Shown one piece after another: positions 26,868-37,747 of a stretch of 41,221 bases of DNA (positions are counted from its first letter, which is position 1; each line of letters starts with the position of its first letter). This DNA comes from Smithella sp. (GTDB lineage Bacteria; Desulfobacterota; Syntrophia; Syntrophales; Smithellaceae). The position numbers were made by a program, and so were the translations under genes. Below the pieces are notes generated by a model. The model had not been told where the DNA came from, did no database searches, and was given only the letters and a program-made list of their open reading frames with translations. Location of the stretch: assembly GCA_039679325.1 (NCBI GenBank), contig JBDKVD010000132.1, positions 1 to 41,221 on the forward strand, in the 5' to 3' direction.

Positions 26868-27044
26868 CGGCAATAATTTAGAAACAAATTAATAACCGTT
26901 GTTTGAACTTGAATAATTGATTTATTTATGTTAAGTGCCGCCCAACTTCACACGTCCCCGGATTGCGGGCATGTTGCTTAAATTGTTAAGTGTGCCCGGC
27001 AAGTTGAAGGGGATGGAGGAAAAAAACAAATTAAGGAGAAAAGT

Positions 27045-27842
27045 ATGTCAGCAATTTCAATGAAACTGTTACTGGAGGCCGGTGTCCATTTCGGGCATCA
27101 AACCAACAAATGGAACCCCAAAATGAAACCGTTTATTTTTGGGGCAAGAAACAATATTTATATTATCGATCTTCAGCAGACTGTAGGTATGTTTCAAACT
27201 GCTTACAATTTTGTCATCGATACAGTCACCGAAGGCAAGGAACTTCTCTTTGTGGGAACCAAAAAGCAATCGCAGGAAGCTATCAGAGAAGAAGCTACGC
27301 GTTGCAAAATGCCCTACGTCAATCAGCGCTGGCTGGGTGGCATGTTAACTAATTTTGTCACAATTAAAAGAAGCATCGACAGACTCAATACGCTGACCAA
27401 AATGTTTGAAGACGATTCAATTAAAGCTTTTCCTAAAAAAGAAATAACAAAGCTGCAGAAAGAAAAAGAAAAACTCGAAGACGTCCTGGGCGGCATCAAA
27501 AATATGAAGTCCCTTCCGGCGGCAATTTTTATTGTTGATCCCAATCGTGAACATATTGCCGTTCAGGAAGCAAAGAAACTGGCGATTCCTATTGTCAGTA
27601 TTGTTGACACAAACTGTGACCCCGATGATATCGATTACATTATTCCCGGTAACGATGACGCCATCAGAGCGATCAAACTTTTCTCTTCACGATTTGCCGA
27701 TGCGGTTATCGAAGGAAAGAAACGTTTTGAGGAGAGACTGACTGCAGAATCCAATAAAGAAATGCAGGCGACAATGGAACCAAATATGGCCGAAACAGAC
27801 GTTCCGGAAAGCGTTGAAATGGGAAAAGAATCAGCAGATTGA
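27045..27842 (+). CDS. rpsB: 30S ribosomal protein S2
   Basis: [19 protein letters not shown]..., [27 protein letters not shown]. Confidence 0.97.
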   Translation: MSAISMKLLLEAGVHFGHQTNKWNPKMKPFIFGARNNIYIIDLQQTVGMFQTAYNFVIDTVTEGKELLFVGTKKQSQEAIREEATRCKMPYVNQRWLGGMLTNFVTIKRSIDRLNTLTKMFEDDSIKAFPKKEITKLQKEKEKLEDVLGGIKNMKSLPAAIFIVDPNREHIAVQEAKKLAIPIVSIVDTNCDPDDIDYIIPGNDDAIRAIKLFSSRFADAVIEGKKRFEERLTAESNKEMQATMEPNMAETDVPESVEMGKESAD

Positions 27843-27913
27843 AATTAGGGATGAAAAATACTTTCATATAAAAAAATATACATGATCTTAATAGTTTTCA
27901 GGAGGTAAGGAAA

Positions 27914-28519
27914 TTGGAAATATCTTCAGCAATGGTTAAAGAATTGAGAACAAAAACCGGTGCCGGAATGATGGATTGCAAGGAAGCGTTGGCAGCGTCA
28001 GAAGGCGATTTTGAAAAAGCTATAGATTTCTTAAGAAAAAAGGGGCTGTCGGCAGCAACGAAGAGATCTTCCAAGGCGGCAAAAGATGGAACCATTGCCT
28101 CATATATCCACATGGGAGGCCGTATAGGAGTAATGGTTGAGTTAAATTGCGAAACGGATTTTGTAGCGAAAACAGATGCTTTTCAGGCGACGGCCAGAGA
28201 TATAGCCATGCATGTTGCAGCATCCAATCCGCTTTATGTACGTTCGGATGAAATTCCGGAAGATGCACTGGATAGAGAAAAAGAGATTTACCGCAGTCAG
28301 TTGCGTGAGGAGAAAAAACCGGAAAAGATTTGGGATAAGATAATCGAAGGCAAATTGAAGAAATATTACGAAGATGTTTGCCTTACCGAGCAAAAATTCA
28401 TTAAAAACACCGACATCACGGTAGGAACTTTGATCAGCAACTTAATTGCCAATACCGGTGAAAACATCATTATCCGCCGGTTTGCCAGATTTCAGCTGGG
28501 CGAGGAAATCAACAAGTAA
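27914..28519 (+). CDS. tsf: Translation elongation factor Ts (short form)
   Basis: MVKELRTKTGAGMMDCKEAL... with TTG start 8 nt after AGGAGG. NCETDFVAK. Confidence 0.95.
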   Translation: MEISSAMVKELRTKTGAGMMDCKEALAASEGDFEKAIDFLRKKGLSAATKRSSKAAKDGTIASYIHMGGRIGVMVELNCETDFVAKTDAFQATARDIAMHVAASNPLYVRSDEIPEDALDREKEIYRSQLREEKKPEKIWDKIIEGKLKKYYEDVCLTEQKFIKNTDITVGTLISNLIANTGENIIIRRFARFQLGEEINK

Positions 28520-29245
<726 letters not shown>

Positions 29246-29246
29246 T

Positions 29247-29804
29247 ATGAAAGATCAGATTTTTCAAAAGCTGCAAGATGATATGGAAAAAATAATATCC
29301 GCCCTGGATAAATCATTCAGCAGGGTTCGCACAGGAAGGGCTTCCGTTTCGTTGCTGGATGGGATCAAGGTTGATTATTACGGCGCGCCAACACCTATTG
29401 CTCAGGTGGCAACACTTTCCGTACCGGAAAGTCGTTTAATTGTTATTACTCCCTGGGATGTGACGGCACTGGGCGCCATTGAAAAAGCAATTCAAAAGTC
29501 GGATTTGGGTTTGGTGCCTTCTAATGACGGCAAAATCATTCGACTTTCCATCCCGCCGTTGACTGAAGAACGCCGCAAGGAACTGGTTAAAGTTGTAAAG
29601 AAAATGGCGGAAGAGGCTAAAATTAAACTGCGCAATGCCCGCCGGGATGCGAATGAAGAATTAAAGGATGCTAAAAAGAACAATAAAATGGCGGAAGATC
29701 AAATTTATACGGCGCAGGATGAAGTCCAGAAATTAACGGATGCCGGTATTCAAAAAACTGATAAAATTCTTGCAGCAAAAGAAAAAGAGATAATGGAAAT
29801 ATAG
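29247..29804 (+). CDS. frr: Ribosome recycling factor
   Basis: [29 protein letters not shown]; 185 aa. Confidence 0.95.
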   Translation: MKDQIFQKLQDDMEKIISALDKSFSRVRTGRASVSLLDGIKVDYYGAPTPIAQVATLSVPESRLIVITPWDVTALGAIEKAIQKSDLGLVPSNDGKIIRLSIPPLTEERRKELVKVVKKMAEEAKIKLRNARRDANEELKDAKKNNKMAEDQIYTAQDEVQKLTDAGIQKTDKILAAKEKEIMEI

Positions 29805-29822
29805 AATTAGATGTATACATTT

Positions 29823-29859
29823 AAACAAATGGGGAGCCTTCAGCTCCCCATTTGTTTTT
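29823..29859 (+). terminator. Rho-independent terminator of the rpsB-tsf-pyrH-frr unit
   Basis: 15-bp perfect stem AAACAAATGGGGAGC (29823-29837) / GCTCCCCATTTGTTT (29843-29857) with loop CTTCA, running into TTTTT. Confidence 0.8.
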
Positions 29860-29885
29860 GATGATCCGGAATAGAGGTTCATTTT

Positions 29886-30632
29886 TTGATGAATATTAAC
29901 ATGGATAATTTGCCTCAACATATTGCAATTATTATGGACGGCAACGGCCGTTGGGCAAAAAAACATGCTATGGGAAGAATTCGCGGTCATAGAAAAGGTG
30001 CTCAGGCAGTAAGAACCGTTGTGAGAACATGCCGTGAAATCGGTATAAAATATCTTACCCTGTTTGCCTTATCTACAGAAAACCTGGGACGTCCTGAAGA
30101 AGAAGTCTCAGCATTAATGTCGCTTCTGGAAGAGTATTTAACAAAAGAATTGCTGGAATTGCAAAAACAGGAAATAAGACTCACGACGATCGGCAAAATA
30201 GATAATTTAAGCTCAAATGTTAAAGAAAAACTTTTAGAAACGAAGGAGCTAACGGCAAAAAATGATCAAATGATTTTAAATCTGGCGTTGAGCTACGGCG
30301 GCAGAGACGAAATTATCGTTGCAGTAAAAAAGTTGGCTCAGGATTTGAACAATGATAAACTTACAATAGATGACATTAATAAAGATACGTTTGGCCGCTA
30401 TCTCGAGACATCCGCTATGCCTGATCCCGACTTGCTGATACGTACAAGTGGAGAGCACCGCATCAGTAATTTTTTGCTGTGGCAACTGGCTTACACGGAG
30501 CTTTATTTTACTGATGTCCTTTGGCCCGATTTTAAAAGGGAAGATATTTTGCAGGCGATTGCCGCTTATCAACAGAGAGAAAGACGTTTCGGCCTGACCA
30601 GTGAACAGTTGGAAAAAGATATTAAAAAGTAA
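29886..30632 (+). CDS. uppS: Di-trans,poly-cis-undecaprenyl-diphosphate synthase
   Basis: HIAIIMDGNGRWA, LIRTSGEHRISNFLLWQLAYTELYF. The ATG at 29889 is the likely start. Confidence 0.93.
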   Translation: MMNINMDNLPQHIAIIMDGNGRWAKKHAMGRIRGHRKGAQAVRTVVRTCREIGIKYLTLFALSTENLGRPEEEVSALMSLLEEYLTKELLELQKQEIRLTTIGKIDNLSSNVKEKLLETKELTAKNDQMILNLALSYGGRDEIIVAVKKLAQDLNNDKLTIDDINKDTFGRYLETSAMPDPDLLIRTSGEHRISNFLLWQLAYTELYFTDVLWPDFKREDILQAIAAYQQRERRFGLTSEQLEKDIKK

Positions 30633-30658
30633 CAAACCAATTAAAAAAAGAACAAACT

Positions 30659-31468
30659 ATGGTTAGTATCCTGGCAAAAAGATGGCTCACAGGTTTAATA
30701 TTAGCGACTGTAATCTTTGGAATTATTGTTTTTGCCTCATCCTTTGCTCTGGCGGTGTTGATCATTATCGTTGCGGTTGGCGGAATCTGGGAATACAATA
30801 ATATCGTTTTGGGTAAAGGATTTCTTAAAGAAAAGATTGAAGGAACGTTTTTTGCCGTCATAATTCCACTCGTCATTTTTCTGGGCGGAAGTCAGTTTGT
30901 TGTGCCTGTCCTGGCTTTCTGCATATTACTTACATTCATTTTATTTCTGTCTTCCGTTAAAGACGCATCATTCGATGTCATGACAGTTGCCAAAGTTGTT
31001 CTGGGTGTAATGTACATACCGTTTTTGTTATCTCATTTTATTTTGCTCAGAGGTTTGGAAAAAGGGATTTTGTGGATTTTGTTTGTTTTAGTACTGGCAT
31101 TTGCCGGAGATATAACAGCTCTCTATGTAGGTAAGTATTTCGGCAAACATAAATTAAGTCCCATAATCAGCCCGGCTAAGACGGTGGAAGGTACAATCGG
31201 ATTAATTTTGGGAAGCACTATAGCCTGTTTGATCTTCCGTTATTTTATCTTTCCCGAAATTTCTTTGGCGAAAACAGGTATTCTTGCCTTTACAGGCAGC
31301 ATTATCGGTCAGTTGGGAGATCTCAGTGAATCCGCAATCAAGAGAAATTATGGGTTGAAGGATGCAAGTTCCCTGTTGCCCGGTCATGGAGGCTTGTTGG
31401 ACAGACTGGATTGCATTCTTTTTATCGCTCCCTTTGTTTATTATTATCGAATTTATGTGATTGGCTGA
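30659..31468 (+). CDS. cdsA: Phosphatidate cytidylyltransferase
   Basis: Polytopic membrane protein with GDLSESAIKRNYGLKDASSLLPGHGGLLDRLD. Confidence 0.9.
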   Translation: MVSILAKRWLTGLILATVIFGIIVFASSFALAVLIIIVAVGGIWEYNNIVLGKGFLKEKIEGTFFAVIIPLVIFLGGSQFVVPVLAFCILLTFILFLSSVKDASFDVMTVAKVVLGVMYIPFLLSHFILLRGLEKGILWILFVLVLAFAGDITALYVGKYFGKHKLSPIISPAKTVEGTIGLILGSTIACLIFRYFIFPEISLAKTGILAFTGSIIGQLGDLSESAIKRNYGLKDASSLLPGHGGLLDRLDCILFIAPFVYYYRIYVIG

Positions 31469-32632
31469 ATGAAAAAGGTAACTGTTTTAGGATCAACGGG
31501 TTCAATTGGAGTCAGTGCTCTGGATGTTATAGAGAAAAATCCCGGGCGTTTCCGTGTTGTGGCTTTGGCTGCAGGAAAAAACATCAAACTACTGTATAAG
31601 CAAATTGAGAGATTCCGGCCTAAAATAGTTTCCGTAAGTGATGTTCAAAGCGCCGCTGAACTCCGCAACCGGCTAACTCCAAAAATCAGGACAAAAATAG
31701 TCGCAAGTCAGGAAGGATTGCAGGAAGTTGCTACGTTTACCGATGCCGACATTGTTATTTCGGCCATATCCGGTGCCGCCGGTTTGCTTCCCACACTGGC
31801 GGCAATTGACGCTGGAAAACATATTGCGTTAGCCAATAAAGAAACAATGGTTATGGCCGGAGACATTGTTACGGAAAAAGCAAAAGAAAAAGGAGTTAAC
31901 ATCCTGCCGGTAGATAGTGAACACAGCGCAATTTTTCAATGTCTGCAGGGACAAAAGCATGAGAATATCAAAAAGATTATATTGACGGCTTCCGGTGGTC
32001 CATTTTTAAATTATAAAAGAAGTGAGCTTAAAAAGGTAACCATAAGCCAGGCGCTCCAGCATCCCAGATGGAAAATGGGAAAGAAAATCACCATCGACTC
32101 CGCATCCATGATGAACAAAGGATTGGAAGTTATTGAAGCCAAATGGCTTTTTGACTTAGAAATGAAGCAAATCGATATCTTGATTCATCCGCAAAGCGTT
32201 GTGCATTCCATGGTGGAATTTGTTGACGGCTCCCTTTTGGCCCAAATGGGCATCCCGGATATGCGAACACCGATTGCCTATGCCTTGACTTGCCCGCAAA
32301 GAATAATAAATGGTTTGCCCCTTTTGGATCTTGTAAAAACAAGAAATCTGGAATTTCTTAAACCGGACATAAAGAAGTTTCCCTGCATCCGGCTGGCCTA
32401 TGAAGCCGGAACTTGCGGAGGGACATTGCCGGCTGTTTTAAATGCAGCCAATGAAATAGCTGTTGAGGCATTTCTCGAAAAGAAAATTAAATTTGTTGAT
32501 TTACCTGAAATAATTGATAAAGTTCTCTCCAGGCATAAGACTGTAAAAAAACCAGCCTTGGAAGAAATACTGCAGGCAGACAAATGGGCGAGAATGCAAG
32601 CAAAAGAAATAATTGAGAGGGGAACATATTGA
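31469..32632 (+). CDS. dxr: 1-deoxy-D-xylulose-5-phosphate reductoisomerase
   Basis: VLGSTGSIGVSALDV, LANKETMV, PVDSEHSAIFQC, HPRWKMG. Confidence 0.95.
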   Translation: MKKVTVLGSTGSIGVSALDVIEKNPGRFRVVALAAGKNIKLLYKQIERFRPKIVSVSDVQSAAELRNRLTPKIRTKIVASQEGLQEVATFTDADIVISAISGAAGLLPTLAAIDAGKHIALANKETMVMAGDIVTEKAKEKGVNILPVDSEHSAIFQCLQGQKHENIKKIILTASGGPFLNYKRSELKKVTISQALQHPRWKMGKKITIDSASMMNKGLEVIEAKWLFDLEMKQIDILIHPQSVVHSMVEFVDGSLLAQMGIPDMRTPIAYALTCPQRIINGLPLLDLVKTRNLEFLKPDIKKFPCIRLAYEAGTCGGTLPAVLNAANEIAVEAFLEKKIKFVDLPEIIDKVLSRHKTVKKPALEEILQADKWARMQAKEIIERGTY

Positions 32633-33720
32633 TCAGCTTAATATCAGTAATTGTACTACTTGGAGTCTTAATTTTTATTCACGAATTGGGGCATTTTCTG
32701 GCCGCCAGAGCCTGCGGTGTCGGTGTGGTGAAATTTTCGCTCGGTTTCGGCCCGAAAATAATCGGTAAAAAAATCGGGGAGACGGAATATGTACTCTCCT
32801 GGATTCCCCTGGGCGGATTTGTCAAACTGTTGGGTGAATCAGGGGATGAATTACTGCCGCCTGAAGATGAAAAAAGATCTTTTTTGAAGCAGGCAACATG
32901 GAAGAAGATGTTGATTGTCTTTGCCGGACCATTTTTTAACTTTTTGCTGGCCCTGGTTATATTCATCATTATTTTCATGTATGGCGTACCGAGCATGACG
33001 ACTGAAATCGGCGAAGTGCAAAAACAATCCGCCGCATACGAGGCGGGGCTGTTAAGCGGCGATAAAATAATTTCCATTGATGGTAAAACAATTAAGCGCT
33101 GGGAGGACTTGAGGCCTCTAATTGCCGAAGGAAAGGGCAAGGAAACGGAAATTGTAGTTGAGAGAAAAACTGAAAAGAAACGTTTTTTAATTAAACCCAA
33201 GGCAACGAAATCCCAAAATGTATTTGGCGAAGAAGTGGCTGCATACCTCATTGGAGTCTCTCCCTCCGGAAAAACAATTATAGAGAAAAAGGATCCCTGG
33301 GATTCAGTGATTGCAGCTTGTGAAAAAACCTGGGAGATCAGCAAGCTTACGGTTCTCGCCGTTGTCAAAATGGTGGAGGGTACAATTTCGCCGCGAACTT
33401 TGGGCGGTCCGATTTTTATTGCGCAGGTTGCCGGTGCCCAGGTAAAAGAAGGTATTATTCCTTTCATACTTTTTATGGCATTGCTGTCCATCAATCTGGG
33501 TGTGATTAACCTTTTTCCCATTCCCGTTCTTGATGGGGGGCATATTATGTTCTACGCAATAGAAATGGTCATCCGAAGAGAGATCAGTATAAAAGTGAAG
33601 GAGATCTCCCAACAGGTAGGATTTGCCATTTTAGCTTTATTAATGTTATTCGTTATCATGATTGATATCGAGCGAATGAACCTGCCGATAATTAATGATA
33701 TTTTAAAATACTTCAAATAA
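32629..33720 (+). CDS. rseP: RIP site-2 metalloprotease RseP
   Basis: HELGHFLAA zinc motif, central PDZ-like region, NLFPIPVLDGGH. Confidence 0.9.
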   Translation: MISLISVIVLLGVLIFIHELGHFLAARACGVGVVKFSLGFGPKIIGKKIGETEYVLSWIPLGGFVKLLGESGDELLPPEDEKRSFLKQATWKKMLIVFAGPFFNFLLALVIFIIIFMYGVPSMTTEIGEVQKQSAAYEAGLLSGDKIISIDGKTIKRWEDLRPLIAEGKGKETEIVVERKTEKKRFLIKPKATKSQNVFGEEVAAYLIGVSPSGKTIIEKKDPWDSVIAACEKTWEISKLTVLAVVKMVEGTISPRTLGGPIFIAQVAGAQVKEGIIPFILFMALLSINLGVINLFPIPVLDGGHIMFYAIEMVIRREISIKVKEISQQVGFAILALLMLFVIMIDIERMNLPIINDILKYFK

Positions 33721-33721
33721 T

Positions 33722-34414
33722 ATGCTTACTCTCGCATTTGATACTTCTTTTAAAACCGTTGCAGTTGCAATAATGCAGGATGATCTAATTCTGTATGATG
33801 CTCTTATAAATTCAGGGTTGAATCATTCGGAAACACTGCTTCCCTCCATAGATCAGGCCCTGAGACAATTAAAATTGAAAATCGAGGATATTGATCTGTT
33901 TGCCTGCACTTTGGGGCCGGGATCATTTACAGGACTGCGTGTCGGAGTCAGCACGCTGAAAGGGTTACTGTTTGCCACCGGAAAACCTTCGGCAGGAGTA
34001 TCCTCCCTGGCGTCTCTGGCCTTAAATGTAACCGGCACTGACGACTTGATTTGTCCCGTAATGGATGCCGGCCGCGGTCAGGTTTATACTGCTTCTTACA
34101 GATATAATGATAATGGGCTGTTAAATCAAATATCACCGGAAATTGTCGTTGATCCCCAGGATATTTTGCCTGATGTGGATCAAAATATAATATTTGTCGG
34201 CGAAGGCGCGATAAAATACCGTGATCTCCTTACACAAAAAGCAAAAGCAGCAAAAATTGCCTCCATTTCGCATCAGCATATCCGGGCTTGTACTGTCGGT
34301 ATTTTAGGGCGTGAAAAATATCAGCAAAATGAATTGCTTGATCCGATTGCTTTTATTCCCGTTTATCTCAGAGCTGTCGATGCCAAACTGGGAAGGAGGT
34401 TGTTTGAAAAATGA
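33722..34414 (+). CDS. tsaB: tRNA t6A37 biosynthesis protein TsaB
   Basis: LAFDTS..., GPGSFTGLRVGVST; 230 aa. Confidence 0.85.
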   Translation: MLTLAFDTSFKTVAVAIMQDDLILYDALINSGLNHSETLLPSIDQALRQLKLKIEDIDLFACTLGPGSFTGLRVGVSTLKGLLFATGKPSAGVSSLASLALNVTGTDDLICPVMDAGRGQVYTASYRYNDNGLLNQISPEIVVDPQDILPDVDQNIIFVGEGAIKYRDLLTQKAKAAKIASISHQHIRACTVGILGREKYQQNELLDPIAFIPVYLRAVDAKLGRRLFEK

Positions 34415-35439
34415 AAACAACAATTCAATTTCAGAAATGCTCCAATACTGAAGAATCAAGACTAAAGGCGTTGAAAACTGTTTTGGAAAAAACAAAAAAG
34501 CCGTTTAAAAGCGGCGACAACGTAGGAATCAAGCTGCACTGGGGTGAAAAAGGCAACGAGAATTTTTTGCCGCCGGTATATACCAGAGAAATTGTCAGAT
34601 GGCTTCAGGCGGAAGGAATAAAACCATTTGTTGTGGATACGACGGTTCTATATTCCGGCGGCCGCCGCAACGGCTGTGATTCTTTAAATACGGCCGCACA
34701 GCATGGTTTCACGGAGAAATATTTAGGTTGCCCCGTAAAAATCGGCGACGGATTGAATGGTAAAAGCGTTATTGATCTTGCTGCCGGTTTTAAGCATTTT
34801 GAAACGGTGCAAACGGGAAAAGTTGTAGAGGATGCCGACGGTTTTGTGATCTTCTCGCATTTTAAAGGCCATATGGAAGCGGCATTCGGCGGTTCGATCA
34901 AGAACATCTCTATGGGCCTGGCATCCCGGGCGCAAAAACAGCGCATGCACGCGGACGCAAAACCGGAGCTCATCAAGGATTCCTGCCTGAGATGCGGAGA
35001 ATGTGTTGATGTCTGTCCGACCGGCGCCGCCGCAATAGCCCATAATAAATATCCCACTTATGATCTGGAAAAATGCATCGGCTGCGCCCAATGCATCGCC
35101 CTGTGTCCGGTATCGGCAATAAAGATAAGATGGGATACCGATATTGATGTGTTCCAGGAAAAACTGATCGAAACCGCCGCTGCAATCTGGAAAATAATTT
35201 CGAATAAGACAGTGGCTGTCAACGCCTTGATCAATATTGTGACGGAATGTGACTGCCTGCCGGGAAATCACCCTGAAATTTCCGGGGACATTGGATTTCT
35301 CAGCGCTTATCATCCGGTACTGGCTGATGCGGAATCCATCTCTTTAGTAGGCGCAGCTCATATTGATCAGGCCCATCCCGGTATACCCTGGAGGCGGCAA
35401 TTTGAATATGCCAGGGAAATCGGGTTTGTTGATTTCTAG
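34411..35439 (+). CDS. DUF362-domain protein with inserted 2x[4Fe-4S] ferredoxin motifs
   Basis: VGIKLHWGEKGN DUF362-type start. CLRCGECVDVCP and CIGCAQCIALCP. ATGA overlap with tsaB. Confidence 0.7.
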   Translation: MKTTIQFQKCSNTEESRLKALKTVLEKTKKPFKSGDNVGIKLHWGEKGNENFLPPVYTREIVRWLQAEGIKPFVVDTTVLYSGGRRNGCDSLNTAAQHGFTEKYLGCPVKIGDGLNGKSVIDLAAGFKHFETVQTGKVVEDADGFVIFSHFKGHMEAAFGGSIKNISMGLASRAQKQRMHADAKPELIKDSCLRCGECVDVCPTGAAAIAHNKYPTYDLEKCIGCAQCIALCPVSAIKIRWDTDIDVFQEKLIETAAAIWKIISNKTVAVNALINIVTECDCLPGNHPEISGDIGFLSAYHPVLADAESISLVGAAHIDQAHPGIPWRRQFEYAREIGFVDF

Positions 35440-36249
35440 ATGAGATATTTACGTTCTTATTTTTTGATGTCACTGATATTATTATTTATCAGTTTGACGC
35501 AGGCAAATGCCGAAAATCAGAAAATATCGACATTCAATCTTTTAAAAAATACAAAAGCGCCAATATCAAAAATTAATGTTAGCAACATCTTTCCCCATGA
35601 TCCGGAATCTTTTACCCAGGGTCTTGTCTATCATCGGGGATACTTATATGAATCCACCGGCCTCAATGGCAATTCGGCTTTAAAAAAGGTCGAATTGAAT
35701 TCAGGAAAAGTAATTAAAAAATTTGAACTCGGCAAAGAATACTTTGGCGAAGGCATGGCGATTTTTGATAAGAAAATTTATCAGCTCACCTGGCTTAATC
35801 AAACCGGTTTTATTTATGATTTGAGCAGCTTCAAAAAAACAGGAAGATTTTCCTACCAGGGCGAAGGGTGGGGATTAACATCCGATGGAAAATCTTTAAT
35901 TATGAGCAACGGAACACCGGTTATTACTTTTTCAAATCCAAAAACATTCAAAGTTATCCGCAGGATTCAAGTCCGGGACGGAAAAATGCCGGTAAAATAT
36001 CTCAATGAGCTGGAATTTATTCGGGGCGAAATCTGGGCCAATGTTTTTACGACTGATGTTATTGCCCGAATCTCGCCGCAGACAGGAAAAGTATTGGGCT
36101 GGATTGATTTAAGTTCTTTGCAGGATTTGCTTCCTCCATCAGGAAGAAGAGACGTTTTAAACGGAATCGCCTACGATCCGGAAGGTGATAGAATCTTTGT
36201 TACCGGCAAATTATGGCCAAGAATATTCGAAATTAAAGTTATAAAATAG
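35440..36249 (+). CDS. Secreted glutaminyl-peptide cyclotransferase (beta-propeller type)
   Basis: Signal peptide ending QANA-E. FTQGLVYHRGYLYESTG, GEGMAIFDKKIYQLTW, EGWGLTSDG, LNELEFIRGEIWANV. Confidence 0.8.
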   Translation: MRYLRSYFLMSLILLFISLTQANAENQKISTFNLLKNTKAPISKINVSNIFPHDPESFTQGLVYHRGYLYESTGLNGNSALKKVELNSGKVIKKFELGKEYFGEGMAIFDKKIYQLTWLNQTGFIYDLSSFKKTGRFSYQGEGWGLTSDGKSLIMSNGTPVITFSNPKTFKVIRRIQVRDGKMPVKYLNELEFIRGEIWANVFTTDVIARISPQTGKVLGWIDLSSLQDLLPPSGRRDVLNGIAYDPEGDRIFVTGKLWPRIFEIKVIK

Positions 36250-36286
36250 TCCGGCAGTTAAGCTTCGTTTTTTATACGGCAGTTGT

Positions 36287-36697
36287 TTATTGGATTGCCG
36301 CCATAACTTTTTGGGCTGCGTTAAGTATTCCTTTTGGTTCTCTGGACAGGACAGCAACTGCCAGATCAACTAAGGCACCGGCGATATTGATGGCTTGTTT
36401 GATTGTATTCACCTGCTTAAGTGTTTTTTTGCCTGCCTCAACAGCATTTCTTAGTTCAACTGTTGCTTCATTGGCCTTTTTCCCGATTAACTGAATGCCG
36501 TAATTTCTGAACAAAACAACCAGCGCGTCCAGGCTGTCTTCATATTTTTCCAATTCGGCGGCATCTTCGTCGGATAAAGGCGGTTCCCGCTTTTCTATAC
36601 GAAATTCCAGTATTTGAGCTGAAATAAGCGCAAATTTATCCGCGATCTCATAGGCTTCTTTTTCTGGAAGAATTGTCTTTTCTGCCATTTGGCTCAT
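36287..36697 (-). CDS. Hypothetical small all-helical protein (about 133-136 aa)
   Basis: Clean ORF 17 nt after the upstream gene. AAAGGAG lies 9 nt before the second ATG (36688). I recognise no motif. Confidence 0.5.
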   Translation of the reverse strand: MSQMAEKTILPEKEAYEIADKFALISAQILEFRIEKREPPLSDEDAAELEKYEDSLDALVVLFRNYGIQLIGKKANEATVELRNAVEAGKKTLKQVNTIKQAINIAGALVDLAVAVLSREPKGILNAAQKVMAAIQ

Positions 36698-36714
36698 CTC
36701 CTTTCATAGGAAAA

Positions 36715-37644
36715 TCAGAAGGCTTCACTCATTTGTTTACGTAATTTTGATACTTCATTTTTATAGTCTATCAACTGCGTTACCAGGTCTTTGGCATCAA
36801 TCGTATTAAAATTCTTCAAAAGCTCAGAATGCGATTTCTGGAGTTTGTCTACGGCATTGACGAATGTGTCCACCAGTTTGTCTCTCGCCTCGATCTGCTT
36901 TTCCTCGGTTAACAATAAAGTATCCAAATAGTTCGAAGCCAGAGGTTCAGTTTTTGCTGTATCTTTCAACGATTTGCGCAAGACAATAATCTCTCTTTTC
37001 TCATCCTTCAACCAACTTCTGTAATTGAGGGTGGCGTAATCTTTGAGCGCATCGGTGATATTTATAATCGCCTCTTCGTGATTGAGAAGATCACGGATGG
37101 CGGCCTTTTGCATACGCTGTGTAACGACGCGGCTCAAGAAATCGGTAAGTGATACAATAGATGCAAGTTTCTTTTCATCGATCAGACTCTCCTGAGTACC
37201 GGAGCGCTTCACTTTGCTCAAGGAGTTCTGGATGCCCCCGAGTTCCTTTCTGTAGGAAGGAAGTGTGTCATTAGCAAGAGCCGCCAGCGTGTCGGCATAC
37301 TGCTCGAGGAGCGAGTTGGTATCGGACATAATTTTGTTGTTTTCATCAATGGGCCCGCAGAGCAATCTTGCTGTCTGCTCCGCCGCCGCCGCATCAAAAT
37401 TGCGGGAAGTGAGCATCTTTTTTAGCTTGAATTTCTCCACACAACTTGAGGTGGATCCGGCAAGCATGGGTTCAAATGCGGCCGAAAGCTTTTTAGTTTC
37501 GTCAGCATAGGTTCGAACGGCAGATAAATTGGCGCAGCCTGACAAAAATGTTGTGCCAAGTAAAAAAGCGATAAAACATAAAACAAAACAAAGATGTTTT
37601 GTTCCGTCCTTTTTTACTGGAGCAGTCTGGAATCCGGAGCTCAT
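36715..37644 (-). CDS. Hypothetical lipoprotein, helical/coiled-coil rich (~309 aa)
   Basis: The track ORF extends to 37758. An internal ATG (37644) starts a canonical lipoprotein signal: MSSGFQTAPVKKDGTKHLCFVLCFIAFLLGTTFLSGC (lipobox LSGC). The upstream 38 codons are low-complexity and overlap the previous gene. Confidence 0.55.
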   Translation of the reverse strand: MSSGFQTAPVKKDGTKHLCFVLCFIAFLLGTTFLSGCANLSAVRTYADETKKLSAAFEPMLAGSTSSCVEKFKLKKMLTSRNFDAAAAEQTARLLCGPIDENNKIMSDTNSLLEQYADTLAALANDTLPSYRKELGGIQNSLSKVKRSGTQESLIDEKKLASIVSLTDFLSRVVTQRMQKAAIRDLLNHEEAIINITDALKDYATLNYRSWLKDEKREIIVLRKSLKDTAKTEPLASNYLDTLLLTEEKQIEARDKLVDTFVNAVDKLQKSHSELLKNFNTIDAKDLVTQLIDYKNEVSKLRKQMSEAF

Positions 37645-37747
37645 AATGCACCCGCCTTTCATCATATTTAAGACAATGTTATCACTCCCAATCTGAAGTT
37701 CACCGTTGTGTCGGCTGTTGGGAGCTTGTGGATCGTTTTGTTGACGA

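Noticed and set aside
36250-36286. Direct repeat CGGCAGTT x2 in the convergent gap between the glutaminyl cyclase gene and the small helical protein gene
   Set aside because: It is an 8-nt direct (not inverted) repeat with no hairpin and no flanking mobile-element hallmarks. Probably chance.
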